Assembly (NCBI GenBank): GCA_051002895.1
Contig: JBPCLW010000029.1
Span: forward strand, 1,234 to 65,233
DNA length: 64,000 bases
Direction of reading: 5' to 3'
Source of the DNA: Candidatus Dormibacteria bacterium
GTDB lineage: Bacteria; Chloroflexota; Dormibacteria; Aeolococcales; Aeolococcaceae
The notes beneath the pieces are model-generated. The model searched no databases, was not told the origin of the DNA, and saw only the letters and a list, made by a program, of their open reading frames with translations. This document shows, piece after piece, positions 50,217 through 59,836 of this stretch. Both the position numbers and the translations under genes were made by a program. How positions within the stretch are numbered: the first letter of the stretch is position 1; the number at the start of each line of letters is the position of its first letter.

Positions 50217-51574
50217 GCGTACGTGAACGACTGACTGAGTTTGCGTTCGGTCGGCTGAAGGAGGTGGAAGACCATGGTTCCGGAGACTTTCTGGCTGCCC
50301 TGGATCCGCCAACTCTGGGTGAGGTCGAACGATGCGATGTCCGAACCGATCTGCAGACTGGTGTCCGGTCCGTTGACCCCGTCACTGCGCTCCCAGCGGT
50401 ACACGAGCGTTCCCGTCCCCGAGATCCCGGCCTTGGCGGAGAAGGAGAACGTGGTGTCGCAGCCCCCGCTGCTGGGGCTGACGCTGAGCCTGGCGTCAGG
50501 TGCCACCACCAGTGGCCCGGTGTTGGCCGGGGCCCCTCGGAACGGATTGAGGGTGATCACGGCTGCGGCGGCGCCAGCGACGAGCGCTAGGAGGACCAGC
50601 ACCGCGACCAGACGTCCTCCCCGCCGTGGCCGGGCCGCGGTGGGCTTGGCTCGGGTGCGCCGCGGAATCGACAGCGGTCGGGCAGCGTCGGCGGATGCCA
50701 CCGTCGGGCTGACGCTGCGGCGCACGGCTCGCCCGCGTCTCGGTGCCGGGGCGGTGAGCGGCCGGCCCATGCGCGTGGCGAGGTCGGCGTCCGCTCGCCA
50801 GGTAGGACCCAGGGCGGTCTCGCCGGCCACCGCCAGGCTTCCGCGGAGTGAACTCGCCGAGGCAATCCGCCGCGAGGGTTCCTCATCGAGGGCGCGCGCG
50901 AGCACCTCGTCGATCGCACCCACCGCCTTGGGGGTGGCTTCGGCGGCGACATGCGAGAAGCCGGTGAGGAGCAGACGGGCCAGCGCTGCGGTGGCATAGA
51001 CGTCCGCTGCGGGCGTCGGCCCGTCGCTCAGTCCCTCGGGCGGCATGACCTGGGGCCAGCCTACCGTGCGGGGATCGGCGGCGAGCGCCCAAGCGAGCGC
51101 AAACTCGTCGAGCTTCACCTCGCCGCCACTGGTGATGACGACGTTCTCGGCGCAGACATCACCGTGGTCGATCTGCACCGCGTGCGCCCCCTCCAGGGCG
51201 GCGAGTACGGAGTCGATGATGACGAGCGCAGTCGCCGGCGGCAGCAGTTCCCCGGCTCGGAACGCTTCCAGACTTCGTCCCCGGACAAGCTCGGTGACGA
51301 GGTACATGCGGTCATCGCCGCGGACCAGGTCATATACCGCGACGCAGTTGGGGTGATCGAGCGCGGTCACGTGTTCCCCGGCCTCGGCGAGCAGGGCGAC
51401 GAAGTCAGGCCGGTTGACGAGCTCGCTGGGCATCTCCTCGAGGGCGACGGGATGACCGGTCTTACGGTACCGACCGGCGAAACGCGGTCCCACCAGGCCG
51501 TCGGCCATCACCGCCCCGATCACGTACTCCGCGAGGCCACTCTGAGGGCCGGTCCGCGGCGGTGGGCTCGTCAT
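50210..51574 (-). CDS. Ser/Thr protein kinase-like protein (probable pseudokinase) with TM segment and extracytoplasmic domain
   Basis: N-terminal kinase fold is recognisable (…YLVTELVRGRSL…, HGDVCAENVV in place of HRDLKPxN, DEF in place of DFG, no VAIK lysine). It is followed by an Arg/Pro-rich linker, one TM helix (LVAVLVLLALVAGAAAAVI) and a 120-aa extracellular domain. Confidence 0.55.
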   Translation of the reverse strand: MTSPPPRTGPQSGLAEYVIGAVMADGLVGPRFAGRYRKTGHPVALEEMPSELVNRPDFVALLAEAGEHVTALDHPNCVAVYDLVRGDDRMYLVTELVRGRSLEAFRAGELLPPATALVIIDSVLAALEGAHAVQIDHGDVCAENVVITSGGEVKLDEFALAWALAADPRTVGWPQVMPPEGLSDGPTPAADVYATAALARLLLTGFSHVAAEATPKAVGAIDEVLARALDEEPSRRIASASSLRGSLAVAGETALGPTWRADADLATRMGRPLTAPAPRRGRAVRRSVSPTVASADAARPLSIPRRTRAKPTAARPRRGGRLVAVLVLLALVAGAAAAVITLNPFRGAPANTGPLVVAPDARLSVSPSSGGCDTTFSFSAKAGISGTGTLVYRWERSDGVNGPDTSLQIGSDIASFDLTQSWRIQGSQKVSGTMVFHLLQPTERKLSQSFTYAC

Positions 51575-51586
51575 CGACCGTTCACG

Positions 51587-52903
51587 TCAGGGGTAGATGC
51601 CGCGCACGGCGGTGGCATCGGCAACCCGCTTCACCGCGACGAGGTAGGCACCGAGGCGTAGGGAGACCCGTCGCTCGTCGGCGTGGTCGCACATCTGAGC
51701 GAAGGCGCGTTGCATGATCCGTTCCAGCTTGAGATTGATCTCGCCCTCCTCCCAGAAGAAGGACTGGAGATCCTGCACCCATTCAAAGTACGACACGGTG
51801 ACACCGCCGGCGTTGGCAAGAATGTCGGGCACCAGCACCACGCCGCGTGCGTCAAGGATGTCGTCGGCGTCGGGTGTGGTTGGGCCATTGGCGCCCTCGA
51901 TGACGACCTTGGCCCGAATGCTCGCGGCGTTCCGCGAGGTGATCTGGTTCTCCATCGCCGCGGGCACGAGGATATCCACGGGCAACTCGAGGAGTTCCGC
52001 GTTGGTCACCGCCCGCGTCCCGCTCACCCCGGCAAGTTCTCCGGCCCCCTTTCGGTGGGCGATAATCGCCGGGATATCCAGACCTGTCGGATCGTAGATT
52101 CCGCCACGGACGTCAGAAACCGCAACGACGCGGAATTCCCGCTCGGCGAGGATCTGGGCGGTCACTGAGCCGACGTTGCCGAAGCCCTGCACCCCGACTG
52201 TGGTCTGCGCTGGGTCCAGGTTGAGCCGGCGGCACGCCTCCACTGCGGTGATCGCCACGCCGCGGCCGGTGGCGCTCAGGCGGCCCTCGCTGCCGCCAAT
52301 GTCAATCGGCTTTCCGGTCACCACCGCGGGAATGGAGTAGCCGTGTTCCATGGAGATGGTGTCCATGATCCAGGCCATTACCTGGCCGGAGGTGTTGACG
52401 TCGGGCGCTGGGATGTCGGAGTCAGGGCCGATGAGAATCGCGATCTCGCTGGCGAATCGCCGGCTCAGACGTTCCAACTCGCGGCGCGAGAGTGCGCTGG
52501 GATCCACGGCGACACCTCCCTTGGCTCCGCCGTAAGGAATGTTGACGAGGGCGCATTTCCACGTCATCCACATGGCGAGGGCCTTGACCTCCTCGAGGTT
52601 GGTCTCGGGATGGAAACGGATGCCGCCCTTGGCAGGCCCTCGCGTGAGGTTGTGCTGCACCCGGTAGCCCTCGAACATCCGGAGGCCGCCGTCATCCATC
52701 TTCACGGGGAAGCGGACGAGCAACTCGCGGCGCACCTCGCGAAGTACCCCACGTAGGGACTGCGGCAAGTCGAGGATGGTGGCGGCGCGGTCGAACTGCC
52801 GCTGTGCGTTGACCCAGGGCGACTCGACGTTGGCGGACGTTTCGGCCACGCTCACGGCGGCGAGCCTAGCACCCTGTTGAGATGCCCCGGCAGTGGTTCG
52901 CAA
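51587..52903 (-). CDS. gdhA: Glutamate dehydrogenase (Glu/Leu/Phe/Val dehydrogenase family)
   Basis: 438 aa. Active-site region KCALVNIPYGGAKGG and NAD(P) Rossmann GFGNVGS. Confidence 0.9.
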   Translation of the reverse strand: MRTTAGASQQGARLAAVSVAETSANVESPWVNAQRQFDRAATILDLPQSLRGVLREVRRELLVRFPVKMDDGGLRMFEGYRVQHNLTRGPAKGGIRFHPETNLEEVKALAMWMTWKCALVNIPYGGAKGGVAVDPSALSRRELERLSRRFASEIAILIGPDSDIPAPDVNTSGQVMAWIMDTISMEHGYSIPAVVTGKPIDIGGSEGRLSATGRGVAITAVEACRRLNLDPAQTTVGVQGFGNVGSVTAQILAEREFRVVAVSDVRGGIYDPTGLDIPAIIAHRKGAGELAGVSGTRAVTNAELLELPVDILVPAAMENQITSRNAASIRAKVVIEGANGPTTPDADDILDARGVVLVPDILANAGGVTVSYFEWVQDLQSFFWEEGEINLKLERIMQRAFAQMCDHADERRVSLRLGAYLVAVKRVADATAVRGIYP

Positions 52904-52912
52904 ATACTCCGT

Positions 52913-53227
52913 TCAGGACGTCGGGAGGCCGGCGTCCTGCCAGGCCTCGATGCCGCCGAGGACATTGATGGTGCGCGGTCGGCCCTGTTCTCGGAGGTAC
53001 TCCACGGCGCGGCCACTGCGACCGCCGAGACGGCAGTGCACATAGACGTCCTGGTCGGATGGCACCTCCGTAAGCCGGTCGGGGATCTCGGCGAGGGGAA
53101 TGAGCACGGCCCCGGGGATGTGCACTTGCTCGTACTCCCAGGGCTCGCGGACGTCAAGGAGAACTCCGTCGCCCTTGCTCACGGCGGCAAAGGCATCCTG
53201 CGGCGTGGCCTCGGCCGGGGTGCTCAT
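52913..53227 (-). CDS. Single-domain rhodanese-like sulfurtransferase
   Basis: 104 aa with active-site loop VHCRLGGRSGRA. Confidence 0.8.
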   Translation of the reverse strand: MSTPAEATPQDAFAAVSKGDGVLLDVREPWEYEQVHIPGAVLIPLAEIPDRLTEVPSDQDVYVHCRLGGRSGRAVEYLREQGRPRTINVLGGIEAWQDAGLPTS

Positions 53228-53293
53228 AGCGGGCGAGTATAGGGGGGGTGTCCTCGATGCGCCGTCCCTTCTTGTGCGGGAGACATGCCCCCC

Positions 53294-53581
53294 TCAATGG
53301 CGGGTGACGAGGAGGAACACGACAATCGCGATCAGTGCGAGCCCCACAACCAGGCTGATGGCGAGTCCGGCCCACGAGGTGGAGTCGGAGAGGTCCGCTG
53401 GTGGGGGTGTGACCGCAACCTGCTGCAGGCGGTGGGCGCTCGGCGGCGCCGGTGGGGGCGCCAGCGGGGCCACCGGTTCCATCGCCGCCTCGGGACTCCA
53501 GGGCCGACCAGCCGGGGGGGGCGAAGTGGTGACCGTCAACTCATCCTGCGGGCTCAGCGGGCGATTGCGTTTCTCCGCCAT
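53294..53581 (-). CDS. Small Pro-rich protein with C-terminal TM anchor (95 aa)
   Basis: From ATG 53581: MAEKRNRPLSPQDEL…PPPAPP…WAGLAISLVVGLALIAIVVFLLVTRH. The remainder of ORF 53294..54271 is antisense to the +strand membrane-protein gene. Confidence 0.3.
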   Translation of the reverse strand: MAEKRNRPLSPQDELTVTTSPPPAGRPWSPEAAMEPVAPLAPPPAPPSAHRLQQVAVTPPPADLSDSTSWAGLAISLVVGLALIAIVVFLLVTRH

Positions 53582-53639
53582 GGGCCGGTCACGGTAGCGT
53601 AGGGAGCGTCGATGCGGTTCCTCATTACCATCGCTCTCC

Positions 53640-54476
53640 GTGCGTAGCGCGGCCCAACTCCCTGAACTGGCCCCGCTGGTCGGACAGGTGGTTCTGCTCG
53701 AACTGGCGGTGGGTACGGCGGCGGTGAGCCATGGCGTTGATGTCGCCGGGCGGGTAGGACGCGGCTTCGTTGGCACCACGGCGCTCATCTGCGCTCTGCT
53801 CATGGGAATCGACCTCCTCCTCACTGCAGCGCTGCCCGATCCCGCGCTCTTGCTGGGCGCTCCCGTCGACGGCGGTGCACGCGCCGCCGCCGCGCACTGG
53901 GCGGTGGCCTTCACGCTCCTGCTGATCGGTGCTGCTCTCTTCTGCGCTGTCGGCACCGACATCGCCCGCCGGGTGGTCGGGGCCGTGACCTGCCTGGCTG
54001 GCATGGTCGGCCTGGTCGAGTTGGCGATGGCCATCGGACCCGCCCTCGGTGGCGCCGGGGCCGCGTCCCTGGCATTCCTCACCGGGGCGCTCCTCTTTGG
54101 CAGCGCTCTCTCCGGGATGCTGCTCGGCCACTGGTACCTCGTCGCGCCAACGCTGTCGTTCAAGCCGCTGCGCCAGTCGGTGGGCCTCGTCTTCATCGCC
54201 GTGGCGGTGGAGCTCGCCACCGTCCTCGGCGTTATTGTCACCAGCGACAATAACACGCGGAACACGCTCACCGGCCACTACGGTGCGCCTTTCTGGCTGC
54301 TCGTTGTCGGTTCCGGGGTTGTCTTCACTGCTCTCGTCAATGGTCTGACCTATCACTTCGCGCGCATCCGCGCCAACCAGCCGGCGACGGCAATGCTCTA
54401 CGTCCTCATCATCAGCGTTGCCATGGGGGTCATCCCCGCCCATCTGCTCTTCTTCCTGACGGGCGCGCCGCTCTGA
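53640..54476 (+). CDS. Polytopic membrane protein, hypothetical
   Basis: 278 aa, 7-8 hydrophobic helices, no motif recognised. Divergent from the small Pro-rich gene. Confidence 0.4.
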   Translation: MRSAAQLPELAPLVGQVVLLELAVGTAAVSHGVDVAGRVGRGFVGTTALICALLMGIDLLLTAALPDPALLLGAPVDGGARAAAAHWAVAFTLLLIGAALFCAVGTDIARRVVGAVTCLAGMVGLVELAMAIGPALGGAGAASLAFLTGALLFGSALSGMLLGHWYLVAPTLSFKPLRQSVGLVFIAVAVELATVLGVIVTSDNNTRNTLTGHYGAPFWLLVVGSGVVFTALVNGLTYHFARIRANQPATAMLYVLIISVAMGVIPAHLLFFLTGAPL

Positions 54477-54508
54477 CGCAGTGGGTCTGTACTGAGTAGG
54501 ATCTCGGC

Positions 54509-55198
54509 ATGTCGACGCGATCAGTGCTTCTCGTCCTCGTGGTCGCGCTCGTCGCCATCGTCGTCCTCCGTGTGGTGGCGCCATTCCTGCGTTCGGTCGT
54601 CCGCCGCGCCCGGCTCCACGGTCCGGCGCCGTATTCGGCGGGTGGGGCGGGCACCACCGGGGGGTGGGCCATCTCCCTACTCTGGGCGATGCGTGAGAAG
54701 GCCCATGAGGAGCACTACGAGTACATGCGCGAGACCGCGCGGCCACTCGATGAGGATGAAAGCGATGCTCCTGGTGACGGTGATGATCCGCTGCCCCAAG
54801 TCGCCTCAGGGCCTCTCGTGGCTGCGCCTCTCCCGCCAGCCGCACCCTGGTTGACGCCTGTGCTCGGGGCCAATGGGAGGAGCTGGTGGAGCGGGCGCGA
54901 GTGGGTCTCCACCCAGACGTTTGCCCCCGCCGGGGCCGAGCGCAGCGCGGACGGCAGTCAGTGGTGGGACGGCAACGAGTGGCAGTGGACACCTGGGGAA
55001 TTCGCTGCTGAGAGCTGGCAGCCTCGTCGCGTCAACTGGGTTCGGGGCCGAGTCGACATCCAAGCGGGTTCGAGCCCGTCATGGCTCAATGCCCGCCGCA
55101 GGCATCTCCTTGACCGCTCAGTGTCGCCGCCTTGGTGGCGCGCCGACCGCTCCGATCCGCCGCCCGAGAATCTGCCGCCATCCGCACATTCGAGTTGA
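54509..55198 (+). CDS. Membrane-anchored hypothetical protein with Trp-rich repeats
   Basis: N-terminal TM helix (VLLVLVVALVAIVVL), acidic linker, then repeated W-rich units (GRSWWSGREWVS / GSQWWDGNEWQWT / NWVRG…WW). Confidence 0.35.
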   Translation: MSTRSVLLVLVVALVAIVVLRVVAPFLRSVVRRARLHGPAPYSAGGAGTTGGWAISLLWAMREKAHEEHYEYMRETARPLDEDESDAPGDGDDPLPQVASGPLVAAPLPPAAPWLTPVLGANGRSWWSGREWVSTQTFAPAGAERSADGSQWWDGNEWQWTPGEFAAESWQPRRVNWVRGRVDIQAGSSPSWLNARRRHLLDRSVSPPWWRADRSDPPPENLPPSAHSS

Positions 55199-55228
55199 GG
55201 CGTGCCAGGCGGCTCGATGCCTCCCCGC

Positions 55229-55813
55229 TCACGCTCCTTCGATGAGCCGGATGTCGGGGAGGTTGCGGTACGCCTCGGCGAGATCGAGGCCGTACCCCAC
55301 CACGAAACGATCGGGAATGTCGAAGCCGGAGAAATCGATGCGTACCTCGCGCTGTCGTGACGTGTGCTTGTTCAGCAGCGCCACCAGTCGCAGCGATCGC
55401 GGCTGGTGGCGCTGCAAGTGCTCGTAGAGAAAGTGCGTGGTCAATCCGGTGTCGATGATGTCCTCGACCATGAGCACGTCGCGGTCACGAAGCGACATGC
55501 CGACGTCCTTGACCATCTCCACCTGCCCAGATGAACGCACCTCATCGCCATAACTGCGCACGGCGATGAACTCGTACTCGACGGGCACGGAGAGCCTGCG
55601 GGAGAGGTCGGCGGTGAAGAGCACCGAGCCCTTGAGCACGCACAAGAGCACCAGTGGTTGGGCGGCGTCACGATAGACCGCGTCGATCTCGCCGGCGAGC
55701 TCCGCGATCCGGCGCTGGATGTCGGGCCCCTCGAGAAGCGTTCCCGCGAGGCGGAGTCGCCCTCCTGCCGTGGGCGCGCTGGCGATGGCGTCGAGCGGCC
55801 GATCGGTGTCCAC
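55229..55813 (-). CDS. hpt: Hypoxanthine(-guanine) phosphoribosyltransferase
   Basis: 194 aa. 6-oxopurine PRTase motif LMVEDIIDTGLT and the flexible loop region. Confidence 0.85.
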   Translation of the reverse strand: MDTDRPLDAIASAPTAGGRLRLAGTLLEGPDIQRRIAELAGEIDAVYRDAAQPLVLLCVLKGSVLFTADLSRRLSVPVEYEFIAVRSYGDEVRSSGQVEMVKDVGMSLRDRDVLMVEDIIDTGLTTHFLYEHLQRHQPRSLRLVALLNKHTSRQREVRIDFSGFDIPDRFVVGYGLDLAEAYRNLPDIRLIEGA

Positions 55814-55851
55814 GTCCGGAGTGTAGGCAGCAGCACTGGCCTGCGTCTCCG

Positions 55852-57648
55852 TCAGGCAGCGCCCTCGTCGGCGCTCGCGACGTCCTCGGCGGGGGCGCGG
55901 AGCGCGCCTTCTCTGGTGAGGATGCGCCGCAGGATCGCCACCGATGATGCATACGTCGAGTCCATGCCGAAATAGCTCAGGCTACGAGCGCCGAGGGTGC
56001 GTGCCTGGGTGAATGGGGTGTCCGAGGCGTAATGGATGACGCCGAAGTCGATGGGGAGCTTGGAGAAGCTCACCGGCTCCCCGCTGGGATGGCGCCCCGG
56101 CTGGGTCATCTCATACACCGCGCTGCAGTAGGGACCGGCCTCCATCTCCACGACGGTGAACGCTTCCCGGTAGTAGAAGTCGAGGTAGCCGCGGTTCTGC
56201 AGGAACGTGCCCTTGACGCTGACCGCTCGTTGGTTGTCGAGCCCCGAGCCGAAGCGCAAATAAGGCGCGATGTCCGACACCGTGAACGCGTTGTCGAGCC
56301 AGTACGTGCAGGCCGAGTGCTCGTCGTGGATGACGCTGGAGATCATCACGTCGCCGACGTCTGCGTTGAGGGTCGCCGCCTTGCCGAGCACGTAGACACC
56401 ACGCAGTTCGGCGGCGGTCTCGGCGACCTCACGGAGGATGTTGTACGCGGCCAGGCCGAGCGGATAGTCGATATTGACGATGACGGCACCACTGCGGTGC
56501 AGGGCGGCGGGGTCGATGCTTCCCAGGCGGGGATCGAAGTTTTCAGCGTCGAGGCGGTCAAGCGGGATCACCTGGGCGGCGACATCGAGCGCGGTGCGGC
56601 TGGCTACCCCGAGAACGCCGCGCTCACGCTCCTCGCGGCGCAATTGACTCCGCTCGTCGGTGGCGATGCTGCCGGTGTACAGGCGGGTGATGTAGTAGAG
56701 GAAGTTGTGCCAGTCCCCCTCGCCGTGACCATCGCGGAAGCGGGTCAATTCCTCGGCGAGATACCCCGGACCGTGACTCTCCACCATGGCCACGAGCGTC
56801 TTCTCGTGGTGGCGCGACATGCCGGTCACCAGGTTGGCGAGCGAGTGTGAGTTGCTGCTGACGAAGTAGACGGGACGGTCGACAAGCGCCTCGCTGCGCA
56901 TCATCCCGGTAACCTGCTGCCACCAGCGACGCGTCGCCCGGGCGTACCCGATCTGGGTGCCGCCGAGCATACGGATGCGCAGCGACATGTGAGAGTCCAC
57001 GATCTCCTGGAGGCGTGAGGCGCTCTGCTCGCCCCACATCTCCTGCAACTGCAACCAATCGTCCTCACTGCCGCCACAGCGCTCGGCGAGAAGAGACGGC
57101 GGTGGCACCGCGGCAGTGGCGAAGGCGGCGGCGCGCAGGGCCTCCCCGAGCTTGTTCCACTCGATCTGAAAGGCGACAAGGGTGGGCACGAGGTCGTCGA
57201 CGTCGGACGGCGACGCGATGAGCACGGCGAGCGTGCCCTGACCGTCGTCATACCAGCGGCGGCGCCGGCCGGGAGCGGACAATTCCGTCCAGGCGGTGAG
57301 GTCAGCGTACCCCGCCCGGGCGAAGACCTCCGCGGACTGGCCCATGACCACCCGCTCGGCATGGCGTATCGAGTCGGGCAGCCGCCGGATGGCGTAGAGG
57401 AAGGCTCCGAGGTCCGGCTGGTGCGACGCGGCGTAGGCGTGGAGGCTGGATCCGGTGGCCTTGTGGGAGGCCTCCAGGACCTTCAGCTTGGTGTCGCCAC
57501 TGGAGCGCAGCAGCGTCGTGTAGGTGCGGTGGTAGACCTCGACGGCCTCGGCCACGGCGGCCTCGCCGCTGGTGAGAGATGGCTGACCCTGGGCAACCTC
57601 GCCGGGCGGTGTCGAACGCAATGTTTGGAGTGGCATTGCCTCCATCAT
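55852..57648 (-). CDS. Phosphorylase-superfamily protein, AMP nucleosidase-like C-terminal catalytic domain with long N-terminal domain
   Basis: C-terminal about 230 aa resembles the PNP/UDP-phosphorylase fold as in AMP nucleosidase (…AVIVNIDYPLGLAAYNIL…VYVLGKAATLNADVGDVMISSVIHDEHS…). N-terminal about 350 aa has no recognisable motif. Start uncertain: the ORF-track start 57699 would overlap the divergent PfkB gene, so an internal Met (57648 or 57636) was used. Confidence 0.45.
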   Translation of the reverse strand: MMEAMPLQTLRSTPPGEVAQGQPSLTSGEAAVAEAVEVYHRTYTTLLRSSGDTKLKVLEASHKATGSSLHAYAASHQPDLGAFLYAIRRLPDSIRHAERVVMGQSAEVFARAGYADLTAWTELSAPGRRRRWYDDGQGTLAVLIASPSDVDDLVPTLVAFQIEWNKLGEALRAAAFATAAVPPPSLLAERCGGSEDDWLQLQEMWGEQSASRLQEIVDSHMSLRIRMLGGTQIGYARATRRWWQQVTGMMRSEALVDRPVYFVSSNSHSLANLVTGMSRHHEKTLVAMVESHGPGYLAEELTRFRDGHGEGDWHNFLYYITRLYTGSIATDERSQLRREERERGVLGVASRTALDVAAQVIPLDRLDAENFDPRLGSIDPAALHRSGAVIVNIDYPLGLAAYNILREVAETAAELRGVYVLGKAATLNADVGDVMISSVIHDEHSACTYWLDNAFTVSDIAPYLRFGSGLDNQRAVSVKGTFLQNRGYLDFYYREAFTVVEMEAGPYCSAVYEMTQPGRHPSGEPVSFSKLPIDFGVIHYASDTPFTQARTLGARSLSYFGMDSTYASSVAILRRILTREGALRAPAEDVASADEGAA

Positions 57649-57688
57649 GCCGCGGTCGGAGGCGCTCCGGCGGCTATGCTCCGCCGCC

Positions 57689-58630
57689 ATGGGACGCATC
57701 GCGGTGACCGGCTCGGTCGCCTACGACACCATCATGGTCTTCCCCGGGCAGTTCAGCGACCACATCCTCGCTGACAAGGCGCACATGCTCAACCTCTCCT
57801 TTCTCGTCACATCCCTGGAGAAGCGGCGTGGCGGCACCGCGGCGAATATCGCCTACACGATGTCCCTGCTCGGCGAGCATCCGCTCCTGTGCGCCGCTGT
57901 TGGCAACGACTTCAGCGAGTACGGAGCCGATCTCGCACGCTCTGGCGTCGACACATCGGCAGCGCTGGGGTGCGATGACGTTGCCACCGCGAGTTGCTTC
58001 ATCACCACCGACCTCGCTAACAATCAGATCACTGCGTTCTTTCCCGGCGCCATGGCGCGAGCCGCTGCCATCGATCTCTGCCCCCTCGGCGATGTCGAGC
58101 ACGTCGTCGTCGCCCCCGACGACCCCACTGCGATGGCTGCGCACATCGGTCAGGCGACAGCGCTAGGAGCCAAGCTCGTCTTCGCCCCGGCCCAACAGAT
58201 TCCCTCACTTCCTGATGAGACGCTCATCGCCGGGCTCGACGCTGCCTGGCTGATCGTCGGCAATGACTACGAGTTGGAACTCATCCGCGATCGCACCGGC
58301 CGCGACCTCGACGCACTGGCGGCTCGGAGCCTGGTTGCGCTGACACGCGGCGGGTCGGGGAGCGAGATTCGTTGCGGCGCTGAGGGCGTCGAGATTCCCG
58401 CCGCCTCCGCGACCCTGGTCGTCGATCCCACCGGGGCCGGCGACGCCTACATTGCCGGTCTGCTCACCGGTCTGCGTCGCGGTCTTGACCCGGCTCAGGC
58501 CGGGCGCATGGGCGCCCTCGCCGCGACCTACGCCGTCGAGGCGCAGGGAACGCAGGCCCATCGCTTCGCTGCCGGCGAGTTCGAGGAGCGCTACGCGCAG
58601 GCCTTCGGAGCCGAGCTCGCCCACGTCTGA
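57689..58630 (+). CDS. PfkB-family carbohydrate/nucleoside kinase (ribokinase-like)
   Basis: From ATG 57689: [13 protein letters not shown]… (ribokinase-type N-terminus) and C-terminal signature DPTGAGDAY. Confidence 0.8.
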   Translation: MGRIAVTGSVAYDTIMVFPGQFSDHILADKAHMLNLSFLVTSLEKRRGGTAANIAYTMSLLGEHPLLCAAVGNDFSEYGADLARSGVDTSAALGCDDVATASCFITTDLANNQITAFFPGAMARAAAIDLCPLGDVEHVVVAPDDPTAMAAHIGQATALGAKLVFAPAQQIPSLPDETLIAGLDAAWLIVGNDYELELIRDRTGRDLDALAARSLVALTRGGSGSEIRCGAEGVEIPAASATLVVDPTGAGDAYIAGLLTGLRRGLDPAQAGRMGALAATYAVEAQGTQAHRFAAGEFEERYAQAFGAELAHV

Positions 58631-58650
58631 TCGGACGCTTTCGTAGAGTC

Positions 58651-59829
58651 ATGGATATGGAAGGAGCGCTCATCGTCAGTGCGGTACGCACTCCTGTGGG
58701 GACCATGGGAGGCGCTCTCTCCGAGGCTCCCGCCACCCGCCTGGGGGCCATCGCCGTCCGGGAAGCTCTGCGCCGCAGCGGCGTCGACACCGTCGACGAG
58801 GTGATCATGGGCAATGTCCTCTCCGCGGGCCTGGGCCAGAACCCGGCGCGGCAGGCGTCCATCGGCGCCGGCCTCGCAGACATGGTTCCGGCGACGACGG
58901 TGAACAAGGTCTGCGGCTCGGGCCTGAAGACGGTAGTGCTGGCTGCCCAGGCGATTCGCGCTGGTGACGCACATGTCGTGGCCGCCGGCGGCATGGAGAA
59001 CATGTCGCGGGCGCCCTTCCTCCTGGAGAACGCGCGGTTTGGGTACCGACTCGGCAATGGTGAAGTTGTCGACGAGATGATTCGCGATGGTCTCTGGTGC
59101 GCCTTTGGCGACTGTCACATGGGCACGACAGCGGAGAACGTCGCTACTGAAAACGAGGTCTCCCGCGAGGATCAGGATGCCTTTGCTGCGGAGTCGCAGC
59201 GCAAGGCGGCGGCGGCCATCGAGGACGGTCGCTTCGCCGAGGAGATCGTGCCCGTTGCGGTGCAGCGCAAGAAGGAAACCATCGACATCGATACGGACGA
59301 GCATCCTCGCGCGGGAACCACCGCCCTGAGCCTGGGCAAACTGCGTCCGGCATTCGACCAGTCAGGCAGCGTCACCGCGGGAAACGCCAGTGGCATCAAT
59401 GACGGCGCCGCCTGCGTCGTCGTCATGTCGGCGTCCCGAGCGGCATCCGGCGGTCATGCGCCGCTGGCGCGCATCCGCAGCTACGCGTCAGCCGGCGTTG
59501 CGCCGCGGGTGATGGGGATGGGCCCGGTACCGGCCATTCGAGCGGCCCTGGAGAAGACGGGGCTCTCGGTGCGCGACATCGATCTCTTCGAGGTCAACGA
59601 AGCGTTCGCGGCCCAGTCGGTCGCGGTGGAGCGCGAGTTGGCCATTCCCCACGAGCGCCTCAACGTCAACGGGGGTGCCATCGCTCTCGGTCATCCCATC
59701 GGTGCCAGTGGCACTCGCATCCTCGTCACCCTGCTCCACGAAATGCAGCGTCGCGACGTGCGCCTCGGCATCGCTGCTCTCTGCATCGGCGGCGGTCAGG
59801 GGATCGCCATGGTCCTCGACCGAGCCTGA
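58651..59829 (+). CDS. Acetyl-CoA C-acetyltransferase (thiolase II)
   Basis: 392 aa with [16 protein letters not shown] and [12 protein letters not shown]…CIGGGQG motifs. Confidence 0.9.
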   Translation: MDMEGALIVSAVRTPVGTMGGALSEAPATRLGAIAVREALRRSGVDTVDEVIMGNVLSAGLGQNPARQASIGAGLADMVPATTVNKVCGSGLKTVVLAAQAIRAGDAHVVAAGGMENMSRAPFLLENARFGYRLGNGEVVDEMIRDGLWCAFGDCHMGTTAENVATENEVSREDQDAFAAESQRKAAAAIEDGRFAEEIVPVAVQRKKETIDIDTDEHPRAGTTALSLGKLRPAFDQSGSVTAGNASGINDGAACVVVMSASRAASGGHAPLARIRSYASAGVAPRVMGMGPVPAIRAALEKTGLSVRDIDLFEVNEAFAAQSVAVERELAIPHERLNVNGGAIALGHPIGASGTRILVTLLHEMQRRDVRLGIAALCIGGGQGIAMVLDRA

Positions 59830-59836
59830 CCCCTGG

